A DNA stretch of 64,000 bases from an uncultured Phycisphaerales bacterium (GTDB lineage Bacteria > Planctomycetota > Phycisphaerae > Tepidisphaerales > Tepidisphaeraceae): NCBI GenBank assembly GCA_963755915.1, contig CAVWLP010000003.1, forward strand, positions 1,440,001 through 1,504,000, given 5' to 3'. Positions 21,701-31,795 of this stretch are shown one piece after another. Both the position numbers and the translations under genes were made by a program. Positions within the stretch are counted from its first letter, which is position 1; the number at the start of each line of letters is the position of its first letter. The notes beneath the pieces are model-generated. The model ran no database searches. It saw nothing but the letters and a program-made list of their open reading frames with translations, and had not been told where the DNA came from.

Positions 21701-21961
21701 TTCAACGAATTGGCCCGAAGAATCGAAGAGATTCGGGTCCTCAGGGTTGTTGTCGCCGAGAACGGTGTTTTCGGGGAGATCGATGCTGTTGTGCGAACCA
21801 GAGGCGGTCACCACAATGTCGGAGCTGGAGTCCCAGCCGTCGCTTAATGTCGGATCACCGACGGCGAGTTGGCCCAGACATTTGGAGGCAGCGGTGAGGA
21901 TCGAAACGCCGCTCAGAAGCAATCGGCTGTCTCGGCAAGCAGAGCGTTTAATATACCGCAT
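18797..21961 (-). CDS. PEP-CTERM-anchored modular surface protein (discoidin-like, putative GH TIM barrel, beta-sandwich, autotransporter-associated repeat, dockerin)
   Basis: Signal-like N-terminus; IGQMWIWNGNQ; DLVDEPD; KSGTATATLSTVNTYSGGT; GDANLDGVVNGSDF and GDFDYNGVVNGSDF; VPEP-TM-RRRR. Confidence 0.88.
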   Translation of the reverse strand: MRYIKRSACRDSRLLLSGVSILTAASKCLGQLAVGDPTLSDGWDSSSDIVVTASGSHNSIDLPENTVLGDNNPEDPNLFDSSGQFVEGPQASNTPSFTPSMWLSGQISDSAENPDPTGITDFSHWIEFSFNQSYSIGQMWIWNGNQDSTNYNYDDQGLQDVTIQYTDDGFNWTTVSTAPIPEATNLSGSNLYSPVSQIVNFNGARVKDVVITAAPTNYNYSGGTSQNVALSAVRFYQQNQAPVQVPSPLSPPPTRPFYYGYYFAETSVYGDYMDKVIIPPAPGSSYGTRLYDYTNLTLILDDTRYGSPDPHRTLVDAVNLGYKCVVYGAGFNQNDPSSWSTGFASLEQVINGYQKDVYALDLVDEPDGNGWTRSQMEALASAAESYFGGSVPITMNLDDPTNGQAPRNLDLYMFDYYINTSGTTTFAQYTAGVNADLNAIRGVESGKPILMLGDSFGGGGYGFPSLQQQEWYYNTAVSNSDVNGLMWFMMGNASQNNPALNGAISSPSSLAFQALLGQTALPRPSPAFDERFDEYSSQAQLNAAWSGVTPMLTSAMDHGNNGGNSVEFGIGSVNATRQISPSNETGSVSAYFYDNLTNFGQYIGFRAINAQGQSVAVFANGATSDYNVMDQANNVTSQDTGTATISDDWQKVEFDFNGSGVSIYIDSLLVYQMASGWTGGFSQIGFYDPGGTTNPGGFIDDILVYQTPPVTATWDNAGASGDGETWDTAMPNWNINGTPSAYANGNAAVFNDSNNGNYSVTLNTVVTPNSVTIDNSHGNYTFSGSGGIGGNEPLFKSGTATATLSTVNTYSGGTNVSAGKLIIGVNGALPDGAVTITGGTLQLGMNTGLATITFLSISGGGVLDVNDNRLILTYTGASPIETIAGYVASGYNGGFWNGPGIVTTAPLSVNGLRYGVGYADGADRVVAGLSSGQIEVRYTLLGDANLDGVVNGSDFSILAANFGHSVKGWDQGDFDYNGVVNGSDFSSLAANFGQGVGGPSAVSVADLQALEAFAVANGLSMPNVPEPAALGLMALSSKTFLFRRRRHRNGSAPI

Positions 21962-22106
21962 CGCGGAACCCTTTTTGTATTTACGCGGAAAACCGAACGC
22001 CAGGTTTGGACAGCAAATCGCTCATCTTTTTTTGGAATTAGAAGTCCCACAACGGCAACTGCCTTTGAGGACTTTCTCGTTCGCCACGGCTTTGGCAAAC
22101 CGGGAC

Positions 22107-22136
22107 TATACCGTGATAGACATGTGTATACCAATT
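22107..22136 (-). promoter_or_regulatory. TGGTAY operator array upstream of the PEP-CTERM gene
   Basis: Reverse complement AATTGGTATACACATGTCTATCACGGTATA: GGTAT half-sites 20 bp apart. Confidence 0.6.
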
Positions 22137-22329
22137 TGCGAGATTTAATCAACCCAAAAATGGTATTTTGGCAATTGGGGGCAGAACGGATCGACAGTGA
22201 TCGTTGAAAGTAAGCTGATAATGTTGGTTTTGGCTGAGGCGTTAGTTTTCCGTTGAATCGGGATGAACGTCCATGTACCATCTCTAATCGGCGCAGGCAA
22301 TGGCTTCGCTGCGCGGCGTCACGGATCAA

Positions 22330-25300
22330 ATGCGCTACGAGCAGTTTCTCAATCCGCCTCTGGAATGCAGGGCGATTTCGTTTTGGGCTTTGAATGGAAA
22401 TCTCCAGGCGCGGGAGCTCGAGCGGCAACTGGATTATTTCAAGTCGATGGGGTTGGCGGGGGCCTGTCTGCACGCGCGCTCGGGACTCCAAACGCCGTAT
22501 CTTTCAAGGCGCTGGTTTAACTTAATGGGGTCATGCATCAACCACGCACGCCGGCGCGGGATGATCATTTGGCTTTACGACGAAGACCGGTATCCGTCGG
22601 GCTCGGCAGGGGGGATGGTCACGCGGCGAAAGGAGTTTCGCCAGAAGCGGCTTCGATTGGAATATCAATCAACGGCTGAGCGCGGAGATGATGATGCAGT
22701 GCTTGCTTGGTTTGCGATATCGGGGAAGCCCAATTGGCTCGATTCCTATCGGCGGATTCAGGATCCAGCGGAGAGACGGGCAGGTGAAAGGGCCGTAAGT
22801 TTCAGGGTCTGCGATTCACCGTTTAATCCGTGGTTCAATGGCTATACATATTTGGACACTATGTCGCCGTCGGCGACGAAGGCGTTCATCGAATCGACAT
22901 ACGAGCCTTATCGACGCGTCTTTGGGCGGGAATTCGGAAAGACGATCGAGGGGATATTTGCCGATGAGCCGGGCTACGGACCAACGCTGGGGAAATGGTG
23001 GGGGGACTTCATCGACGGATATAAGGAGGTCGAACAGCGGGAAATCCCCTGGACGGCGTCTCTTCCCGAACGGTTTCGAGAAAGATATGGGTATGACCTG
23101 CTCGACCGTTTGCCGGAGGTGTACTGGGACTTCCGCCGTGTTCCGGCGAGTTCGGCGCGATACCAATATCATTCCCTGATCGCATCGCTGCTGTGCAATT
23201 CTTTTTGCCGAACGATTGGCCGGTGGTGTTATCGCGCCGGCATCAAGTTCCTGGGGCATGTCTTGAGTGAAGAGACGCCGTCCAGCCAGACAAATGTAGT
23301 CGGCGCTGCGATGCCGATGTACGAGCATTTTGATATTCCCGGCGTGGACGTGCTCACGGCACACTGCCGGGATTACGATACCGTAATTCAGTGCGCTTCG
23401 GTGGCAAACCAAATGGGGCGCAAGTGGGTGCTTTCGGAAACTCTTGGCGCCACGGGCTGGAATTTCACGCTGGAGGGGCATAAATCTTTGACCGATTGGC
23501 AGATGGCGCTGGGGGTCAATCGGCGATGTCTGCACTTATCGTTCTACACAATGGCAGGCGCTGCGAAGCGCGATTACCCCGCGAGCATTTCGTTTCAATC
23601 GGCGTGGTCGCCGCACTACAAACAGGTGGAGGATTACTGTGCGCGAATTACCGCGGTGCTAAGCAAGGGCAAGCCCGTTCGGCCGGTCCTGGTGATCCAT
23701 CCCATCGAGAGTACGTGGCTTCGGTATCGGACGGGCTGGAGCGAAGCGACGGACATAAAGCGCTTGGACCAGAATCTTGCCAGCCTTCGTGATTGGCTGC
23801 TCGCGTTGGGGATTGGATTTGACTATGCGGACGAGGACCAGCTCGGGCGCTGGGGCCGGATCGTGAATGCGGGCGATGAGACAAAGCTGGCGGTGCGGCT
23901 GGCCCAATATAGGGTGGTGGTGGTCCCGCCGCTTTTGACGATTCGGTCTACGACGCTGCAAAAGCTGGAGCGATTTCGAGCCGGTGGTGGCCGCGTTATT
24001 TGGCTCGGTCGAACGCCGGACTTCGTTGACGCGATGGAAAGCGATGAGGCCCTCGACTTCGCGGAATGCTGTGAACGTGTCACGTTTCGCAAAGGGGATG
24101 TCGCCAAAGCGCTTTCTCCGGTGGCGGATGTGCGCCTCCATTTAGTGAACGGTGCGCCAACCGTTTTGCATCATCTTCGACGGCAAAACAACCGGTGTAC
24201 TCTTTTTATTTGCAATACCAGTGAAATGAAACCAATTAAAAAGTTCGACATCGAGGTTGCCGCGCGAGGCCACGTCGAGGATTGGAATCCCGCATCGGGG
24301 GAACGCTTCAAAGTGCCGACCGTTCAGGATGGCCGATTTCTGCGATTCAAGACAGAGCTGCCGCCAAGCGGCTCGAAAATGTTTGTCGTCAATCCGCGCC
24401 CGGCGCGGCAACTTGAGCAGCGTCCGCAGTGGCGCGAAGTCCGGTGCCAAACGCCGGGGAATTCTGGCTGGGATTATCGGCTCAGTGAGGGAAATCCGCT
24501 CGTGCTTGATTTTGTGAGCGTTCGCATCGGAGACGGGCGCTGGACGGAATCGATGGAGGTACTGAGGGCGGATCGATGGGTGCGCCAGAAACTTGGCTGG
24601 AAGCCGCGTAGCTATTTCGAAGTGCAACCTTGGAAGCAACGTTCGAGGCGAGGAAAGAGCTATCCCGTTCAGGTGAAGTCATCGTTTCGGATCGATGGCA
24701 GTCCGCCGAAGTCGTTGATTTTAGCGGCGGAATTGATTCGCGGGGAGCGTTCGCTGGCGTTCAACGGTACGGCACTGAATCCGGCATATACCACCAAGGG
24801 CTGGGTCGATTCATGCTTTCGGCAATTCAAGATAGATTCGGGTTTATTGCGAGATGGCCGCAACGAAGTTTTGCTGACGCTGGATTATGAAACGCGGTCG
24901 GGACTGGAAGCCGCGTACGTTTTGTCGGATGGCGGAGTAAAGATCGGCCGCCGCGAAGCGACGTTGTCAGACCGGCCGCAGACATTGAAGATTGGCGATG
25001 TGACGAGGCAGGGTCTGCCATTTTACGGCGCTTCGATTTCCTATGTTCGAAACGTTCAGTTGGCGCCGCGTGCCGGTGAACGGGTTTTCGTCAATCTTGC
25101 GCGCTGGGCGGGTTCGTGCGCGATCATTCATCTCGATGGCAAAGAGGTTGGAAAAATTCTATGGCGACCGTATGAGGTGGAATTACCGCAGGTGGCGGCG
25201 GGCACTCATGAGCTGACGATTGAGATCATATTGGGGAGGGGAAATACTTTTGGTCCACTGCATGTCCGCGAGATGCCGGTCTGGCACGGTCCGTTTGAGT

Positions 25301-25395
25301 GGGAGACCGAAGGGGCGCGTTGGCAAAACACATATAACCTGGCGCCGTCGGGCCTACTGGGTGCGCCTGAAATCTCATATCGGAAATCAAAATAG
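22330..25395 (+). CDS. GH106-like (alpha-L-rhamnosidase-like) glycoside hydrolase
   Basis: FWALNG, HARSGL.TPYLS..W, WLYDEDRYPSGSAGG, FADEP, LSETLG, KRDYP; C-terminal beta-sandwiches; no signal peptide. Confidence 0.8.
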   Translation: MRYEQFLNPPLECRAISFWALNGNLQARELERQLDYFKSMGLAGACLHARSGLQTPYLSRRWFNLMGSCINHARRRGMIIWLYDEDRYPSGSAGGMVTRRKEFRQKRLRLEYQSTAERGDDDAVLAWFAISGKPNWLDSYRRIQDPAERRAGERAVSFRVCDSPFNPWFNGYTYLDTMSPSATKAFIESTYEPYRRVFGREFGKTIEGIFADEPGYGPTLGKWWGDFIDGYKEVEQREIPWTASLPERFRERYGYDLLDRLPEVYWDFRRVPASSARYQYHSLIASLLCNSFCRTIGRWCYRAGIKFLGHVLSEETPSSQTNVVGAAMPMYEHFDIPGVDVLTAHCRDYDTVIQCASVANQMGRKWVLSETLGATGWNFTLEGHKSLTDWQMALGVNRRCLHLSFYTMAGAAKRDYPASISFQSAWSPHYKQVEDYCARITAVLSKGKPVRPVLVIHPIESTWLRYRTGWSEATDIKRLDQNLASLRDWLLALGIGFDYADEDQLGRWGRIVNAGDETKLAVRLAQYRVVVVPPLLTIRSTTLQKLERFRAGGGRVIWLGRTPDFVDAMESDEALDFAECCERVTFRKGDVAKALSPVADVRLHLVNGAPTVLHHLRRQNNRCTLFICNTSEMKPIKKFDIEVAARGHVEDWNPASGERFKVPTVQDGRFLRFKTELPPSGSKMFVVNPRPARQLEQRPQWREVRCQTPGNSGWDYRLSEGNPLVLDFVSVRIGDGRWTESMEVLRADRWVRQKLGWKPRSYFEVQPWKQRSRRGKSYPVQVKSSFRIDGSPPKSLILAAELIRGERSLAFNGTALNPAYTTKGWVDSCFRQFKIDSGLLRDGRNEVLLTLDYETRSGLEAAYVLSDGGVKIGRREATLSDRPQTLKIGDVTRQGLPFYGASISYVRNVQLAPRAGERVFVNLARWAGSCAIIHLDGKEVGKILWRPYEVELPQVAAGTHELTIEIILGRGNTFGPLHVREMPVWHGPFEWETEGARWQNTYNLAPSGLLGAPEISYRKSK

Positions 25396-25478
25396 ACACA
25401 AATTGAAGTAAGGATGCCGGGAGTGCGCTGGGCGGAGCTGGTGCGGGCTGAGTTTATTCTTGCAGCACATGCACTGAG

Positions 25479-25514
25479 TGGTTAATATTGGTACACACTG
25501 GGCAAAAGCGGTAT
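25479..25514 (+). promoter_or_regulatory. four 10-bp-phased half-sites upstream of the DUF6259 operon
   Basis: TGGTTA (25479), TGGTAC (25489), TGGGCA (25499), CGGTAT (25509). Confidence 0.65.
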
Positions 25515-25675
25515 TTTCGGACGCGGGGCTTGACGCCGGCGAGGCCAAGCACAGCGGAAAAACATACGCCGATAAGGGACGAAATCCCGCCGCTGCAGGT
25601 TTTGGACAAATCGCCGATCATCGGTAGTGGTTCAAACTGGCGCAGATTCGCTAAGTTTGTTGCAGGAGCCGGACG

Positions 25676-28462
25676 ATGCAGCTTCGATGCAATGGGTCGG
25701 TGGCGCAGGTTTTGTTTTGGGCTGGTGCGATTTCCATCGCAGCGTTGGGGGCCGCCGGCGATGCCGTGGCCGGCCCGTTGCAAGACGTGAAAAACCGTGC
25801 GGTATTGAAAAATGACAGTATCGAGGCAGTGATTCAATCGGGAATGCTGGTTGAATTGAAGCAGCTGCCCGGCGATGAACGCTTGCTGTCAAACGATCCG
25901 GCGGTTGCTTTCGGACGTCTGCCCGTTTTCGGCCCCCACGGCGCGGTGGGCATGGATCAATCACAGGTTGTTCAAACTGCCAGCAGCTCCTCGGTTGACA
26001 CTCAAATTGTCGGGGCGGATGGAACCAAGATTGCAATTGAATGGAGTATCGAACCGGGAAATGGTGATCTGGTGCTGCATGTTTCGGGCACCAGTTCCAA
26101 ACCCGTCAACGAAATCCGCTATTTATTTCCTGGCTGCGACGTCAGCCGGCATACCGCGGTGTGGGTCGACGTTTACGGTGTCGCCCGCACCTTTCATGCG
26201 CCGTGTAAGGACGCGGAGATAGGAGATCCGGCAAGGGACGAAGCGCCGCAAACGTATATTCATCCACTTATCACGCTTTTCGAGGGAGAGGAAGGCGGCT
26301 GGTTTATCGAAGGCCGCGAACCCAATATTGGACCGGCAACTCTTATGCTCCAGGGGACGGGGCAAAACATTAGCCTTGGAATGGTCCGCTCATTTCCCAT
26401 TGCAACCAGCACGCCTCAGCTCTTTGAAGTTCGCATTCGCGCCTATCGGGGTCAATGGCAAGACGCGGTCGATCCGTACGTGGCATGGATGGAAAAGGGG
26501 GGCGGATTTATCCCGCTTGAAAAGCACTCGCCGTCATGGGTGAAAGACATCAAAAATCAGGCATACATCCGTATCGGGGATTTTGACGGGTTGGAAACGC
26601 TGGCCAAGCGGGTCGATCCGGCGCGGACTTTCCTAGGCCGCATGGTGGGGGCGTGGATTCATCCGATGGATGTTGGGTATCCCGATTATCGGCTGACCGA
26701 TGATGCGGCGCGATGGATTAAGCGCGCTCGGGAGCTCGGTTTCCACGTCGGCGTTCATTTCAATACGTTCGGCATCAGCAAAGATTTTCCCGAGTTGATT
26801 CAACGGTTTCGAGGCGGTCTTGAGGTGACTGGCAAAGATGCGAATGGAAACGACACCTATTTCGGAATCGAGGGAGCCCACCGGCATGTCTACTGCTCGC
26901 CCGCATATCGCCCGTTCCGGGAATACCTGATCGCCCAGATGAAACAGGCTGTCGATGCGGGTGTGGATGTCATATACCTTGATGAATCGATGGCGCCGTG
27001 CGGTAAATTTCTGGTGGATGGTGAGACCGCTATCCAGGGCGTGATGACGCTGGAAAAGGAAATCAAGGCGACCTATCCGCAGGTGGCAATAGAAACCGAA
27101 CAGTTCAATCCGATGGAATCTCACAATGCCGACTTCGCGCTGAGCCAGATGCCGCTCGGACATCCGCTCAGCGGTTACATTTTTCATCGATTTGTGAATG
27201 TTGTCGCTGAGGGAGTCATGGGGGAGCCGGTGGACGATGCGATGATGGATGCGGAAGAGTCCTGGGGCTATATGCTTCCGAATGCTGCGAAGGAAGAATC
27301 CTGGCTTGAGATCGCCAAGGCGTTTGAAGATTACGATCTTGTGCCCGATTCACGAATGCCGCGAAAAGAATTCCTGCAATATAGAGATCATTATTCCCAC
27401 GGTTTGCTGCCGGTGGACGATTCGACGCGCTCGAGTGAAGAAGATCTGTTTAACTTTCGCGGAAAGGACGGGGTTGTCGCCTATTACGCGAAGCAAGCCA
27501 AAAAAAGGGGCTTTGTGATCTGTAAGCCCGGTGAACAGCCGCAATGGATCGCGACGCGAATAAGCGGGATGATGAAGTGGCCGGGCCCCGGCGTTTTGCG
27601 CGATTGGGTGCCGGAAGTCGGTATGTATTCGGATTGGCTGATTTATGACGGCAACACAATGCTGGCGCTGGATCCAGGCAACACGTATTTTTGGGATGCC
27701 GCGGGCAAGTTGGATCCGAATCGTTTTCATCTGACCAGCGTGCCGTCGGATTTCGCGCCGCACATGGATATGATTCGGCGTATTCGCGACCAGGATGTGG
27801 GCCGAGATGGCAATTGGTTTAAGATCAATTTCACGGGTCATGGAGAAATAGTCGCCTATGTGCCGGACAAATGCCGGGCCTTCCTTGATGGCCAGGAACT
27901 GAAGCCGGATCCACAATCAAGGCTGGCGCGGGTTCAGGCGGCAGCGGACGTGGACAAGCCGTCGTCGTTCGTTGCGTTTTACAGATCGGCGACGCCGCTT
28001 GAGGGGAAGTGGGTGGATCTTCCCTGGGAAACTCCACCCAACCAGCGGTCATGGTATGTGGCTCGCCATGTTTTGGATGACTATTCCGCGGATGGACCGG
28101 TACGGATGATCAGGGACGGCGACGGCTTTTTCAATCATGTCGGCGGAAGCGGGATTATCGTCGGCCGGTTTCCGCAAGCCGAGCATATTCACCTCGAAGG
28201 CGCGTATTGCATGCGAGACGATTCGCAAAGCACGGTCGGTGATGGGGTGATTCGAGTCAACGGCCAGGAGGTTTTGCATATTCATCCGGGTGATCGGCCT
28301 TATCGGATACATGAGTTCGACGTTGATGTTTCGTCGTTCGCGGGCCAGAACGTGCTCCTTGAATTTGGGTCAGAGGGTGAAGTGCACGGCCCCACGATGG
28401 CGGACTGGTTTCATCCGCAGATCATTGTCGATCCACCGAGCGCTTCAGCCGAAGCGAAGTAG
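25676..28462 (+). CDS. secreted DUF6259-like putative glycoside hydrolase (paralog 1)
   Basis: Signal peptide; MDVGYPDY, ARELGFHVGVHFN, GVDVIYLDE TIM barrel; C-terminal FDVDVSSFAGQNVLLEF jelly-roll. Confidence 0.7.
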   Translation: MQLRCNGSVAQVLFWAGAISIAALGAAGDAVAGPLQDVKNRAVLKNDSIEAVIQSGMLVELKQLPGDERLLSNDPAVAFGRLPVFGPHGAVGMDQSQVVQTASSSSVDTQIVGADGTKIAIEWSIEPGNGDLVLHVSGTSSKPVNEIRYLFPGCDVSRHTAVWVDVYGVARTFHAPCKDAEIGDPARDEAPQTYIHPLITLFEGEEGGWFIEGREPNIGPATLMLQGTGQNISLGMVRSFPIATSTPQLFEVRIRAYRGQWQDAVDPYVAWMEKGGGFIPLEKHSPSWVKDIKNQAYIRIGDFDGLETLAKRVDPARTFLGRMVGAWIHPMDVGYPDYRLTDDAARWIKRARELGFHVGVHFNTFGISKDFPELIQRFRGGLEVTGKDANGNDTYFGIEGAHRHVYCSPAYRPFREYLIAQMKQAVDAGVDVIYLDESMAPCGKFLVDGETAIQGVMTLEKEIKATYPQVAIETEQFNPMESHNADFALSQMPLGHPLSGYIFHRFVNVVAEGVMGEPVDDAMMDAEESWGYMLPNAAKEESWLEIAKAFEDYDLVPDSRMPRKEFLQYRDHYSHGLLPVDDSTRSSEEDLFNFRGKDGVVAYYAKQAKKRGFVICKPGEQPQWIATRISGMMKWPGPGVLRDWVPEVGMYSDWLIYDGNTMLALDPGNTYFWDAAGKLDPNRFHLTSVPSDFAPHMDMIRRIRDQDVGRDGNWFKINFTGHGEIVAYVPDKCRAFLDGQELKPDPQSRLARVQAAADVDKPSSFVAFYRSATPLEGKWVDLPWETPPNQRSWYVARHVLDDYSADGPVRMIRDGDGFFNHVGGSGIIVGRFPQAEHIHLEGAYCMRDDSQSTVGDGVIRVNGQEVLHIHPGDRPYRIHEFDVDVSSFAGQNVLLEFGSEGEVHGPTMADWFHPQIIVDPPSASAEAK

Positions 28463-28542
28463 CGATGAATTTGCAAACGGTTGCCGCCGAGAGCCGCGGG
28501 AGGGATGAGTACGATCTTAGTCGAGTTAGAGAGAATGGACTT

Positions 28543-29683
28543 ATGGTTTCCGGTGAACAGTTGGCCGCGTGGCTGAAGAAGTTGATTCAAATTCCCAGCG
28601 TGTCTCCGGATCAGGCGGGACCCCGCGCGGGGAGGCCGGCGAGCGCCGTATCGCCGCCAGAATCGCAGAATGGTTCGCGCAGTTCGGCGCCGAAGTTTTG
28701 CAGGAGGACGTGTGGCCCGGCCGCCCGAATGTCTATGGAATCTGGCGAGGCGATCAATCGCGCTGGTTGGCAATCGATGTTCACACCGACACTGTTGGCG
28801 TTGAGATGATGCCTGGAGATCCGTTCGACGGACGTATTGAGGATGGAAAAGTTTTCGGGCGCGGCGCAGCCGATACCAAAGCCTCGCTGGCGGTGGCTCT
28901 CGCTCTTTTGAGCGACATTACGAGCAAGAACGGGCGCGTTTCATGTAACCTGCTGATAGCGGCAACCGCGGACGAGGAAGTGACCGCGCGCGGAGCACCG
29001 ACCTTCGCGAAATGGCTTCGAGACAGGGAAATGGTGATTGATGAGTTGATGGTGGCGGAACCCACCATGTCGCGCCTGTTCACGGCCACAAAGGTGTGCT
29101 TCGGCTGACGTTTGTAATACAGGGTAAGAGCGCGCACTCATCGCAGGCACATCTGGGGCGCAATGCGGCGATGGCGGGGGTAAAGCTGGCTCTTGCGATG
29201 GAGGCGGAAAATGGCCGTATTCAGAAATCGACGTGCGAGTCGGCGCTGGGGCCGCCGGTGTTAACGGTAACAGGCATCAGCGGCGGGCTGGGCGAGAATA
29301 TCGTGCCCGATCGATGTGAGGTCACGATTGATAGAAGGATCGTCAACGGTGAGAAAGCATCCTCGGTGCGGGAAGGGCTGCAGGCTCTAGCCTCGCAGAC
29401 AATTTCATTGCCGTTCCGAATGGAGATTCGACACGAAATCGACGCGTTTTACCAACCAGCGAATGCTCCGTTCGTCACTAAGGCGGCGGTCTGGAGCGGA
29501 AAAGCGGCCACAATGATGCCATTTTGCACGAATGCATGGGCCTATGCGGATGTCGCGCGCGAATGCGTGGTGCTCGGCCCCGGATCGATTGATCAGGCCC
29601 ATACTGATACGGAATGGATTGCGATTTCGGAACTGGAGCGCCTCGCCAAACTCTATTCGTCCTGGTGGGGAATTGCGACATGA
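28543..29683 (+). CDS. M20 (ArgE/DapE) family amidohydrolase/deacylase (frameshifts ~28628, ~29070)
   Basis: LIQIPSV, DVHTDTV, GRGAADTK, DEE, VAEPT, GKSAHSS..GRNA, GPGSIDQAHT..EW. Confidence 0.88.
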
Positions 29684-30670
29684 GCAGCTTCGAGCCAGTC
29701 CGAGTTGTCGTTGTCGGGGTCGGGAAGTTTGGACAGCTCCATGCGCGCACGCTGGAGGGGCTGGCCGAAGCGGAATTGGCGGGGGTGGTTGAAACGAGTC
29801 CGCGGGCCATTGAATCGTTGAGGGGCGATTTTGCGAAACTGCGATCGTGGCGAAATATCGAAGAGGCTCTTGAAGAGTCTAATGCCGAAGCGTTTGTCGT
29901 CGCGACGCAGACCGATTCGCATATGGATCTGGCAGAAAAGATTCTCAGCAAAGGACGAACGGTTCTCGTAGAGAAGCCGCTGGCGGAAGATTGTGCGAGC
30001 GCAGTGCCTGGCGGCCCATGTCAACCGGGAGTCGTCGAATTTCATGGCGGGCCATATTCTGCTCTTTGCTCCGGAGGTGCGGAGATTGGTCTCGGAGATC
30101 CGCGAGAGAGACGATCTGAGGTTCATTAGCGCGGCGCGGCATCGTCCGGCAGGAATCGGCGAACTTTATCCAGGAGAAACTCCATTCACGCTCACGATGG
30201 TTCACGATTTATACCTGGCTTGTGCATTTCTGGGCGGAAGGGAACCGACCGATTGTTTCGGGCAGCTCAGCCGAAACGCAAAGGGTGAATCGGATCTGGC
30301 TTTGGCGGAATTGCGATGGGCCGATGGAATATGGGGCAGCTTTGCCGCGTCATTTCTGACGCCGAAGGGAATGGGAGACGACGGGTACGACCGTCTGGAG
30401 GTTTTCGGGGATCGTTGGGCGGCGCGTTTGCGCTTGAATCCTCAGCCAATGGAAATCTGGACAGAAAAGCAGCACTGGCCAATCGGCTTGGACATTCATG
30501 ACGATCCAATCGCGCCCAGCGGATGGCTGGCAGAAGAGTTGCGGCATTTGTGCCGAGTCGTTCGCGGGTTCGCGAAAGTGCCTGTGGGCGCCCGCTATTG
30601 CGACGCCGTGCAGGTCCAGAGATGGATTGACGCGCTTCAGCAATGCGCGATGAAGGGGTTGAAATGCTAG
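29680..30670 (+). CDS. Gfo/Idh/MocA family oxidoreductase (frameshift ~30000)
   Basis: VVGVGKFGQLH, VLVEKPLA, GHILLF, MVHDLY; ATGA overlap with the upstream gene. Confidence 0.9.
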
Positions 30671-31795
30671 ACGCCAAAACCCGGCAAGATCAATTCCCAA
30701 TGCTGTCGCGGATGGCGTATCTGAATACCGCGGCAGAAGGGATTCCACCGCCTTCGGTCCACGAAGCGCTGGAGCGATATTGGTGCGACAAACTGAAAGG
30801 AATGGCCGGTCGTCAGGGGCATTTTGCTGCGCTGGAATCCGCCAAGGGACAGGTTGCGGCAATTTACGGTCTGTCGCCGGGCGAAGTGAGCTTCTGTTCG
30901 TGCTCGTCGGAGGCTTACAACTTGCTTGCGCTGGCGTTGCAGCTGCGCGAAGGCCAGGAAGTAATCATCAACGATCTGGATTTTCCGGCTGGGGCGACGC
31001 CCTGGCTTCAACCGACATCCGCCGCGACGGTGAAAGTTTGGCGTTCGGTCGGCGGCGCATTGCACGTGGAAGATCTACTGAAGCTCATCAATCCCCGCAC
31101 CCGGCTTGTGGCGACGTCGTTGGTAAGTTTCTTCAACGGCTTCAAGATCGATCTTGCTGCGGTGGTAGCCGCGGTTCGCAAAAAATCAGACGCCATCCTG
31201 GCTCTGGATGTAACGCAGGCGCTCGGCCGGATTCCGATCGACTTCAAGGGTGTGGATGTGATCATAAGCAGTACACACAAATGGATACTGGCAACGCACG
31301 GCGGGTGCCTGGTCGGTGTGCCGAAGTTGGCTGAAGAGCGAATACATGTTCGAGCCGGGGGATGGTTCAACCAGGAAGACGCTTTCACCGCGGAGCGATT
31401 CAATCGCGCCGAGACGAAGCGCGGCGCGTCGGGATTCAGCGTAGGGATGCCGAATTTCCCGGCTGTCTATGCGATCGACGCGGCACTGAAATATATTCAG
31501 TCGATCGGCGTCGAAAACATTGCTCGCGCAGCGGATCCGCTGGTGCGGCAATGTCTTGCGGAGCTGCAGAAATTGCCGCTGGAATTCCTGACTTCGAATG
31601 AGCCTGCGAATCTGGCGGGGATCATTTCGTTTCGGCATCCAAAGATGGAGCAGCTCAACGCGAAACTGCTGGAACGCGACATTCATGTGATGTCGCAAGC
31701 GGGGCGCATTGCGCATTTCTTTGCACGGATATAACACACCGAACGACGTTGAGCGCCTCATCGAACGCCTTTGGGATGGGTTGAAAAATGTCTGA
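30664..31795 (+). CDS. class V PLP-dependent aminotransferase/lyase (frameshift ~31706)
   Basis: YLNTAAEG, LDVTQALG, SSTHKW (PLP Lys), corrected end RISLHGYNT..DV; no desulfurase Cys loop seen. Confidence 0.88.

Noticed and set aside
25569-25595. Hammerhead ribozyme-like CCGATAA..GAAA
   Set aside because: It lacks CUGANGA, and GAAA is in a hairpin loop rather than the core.
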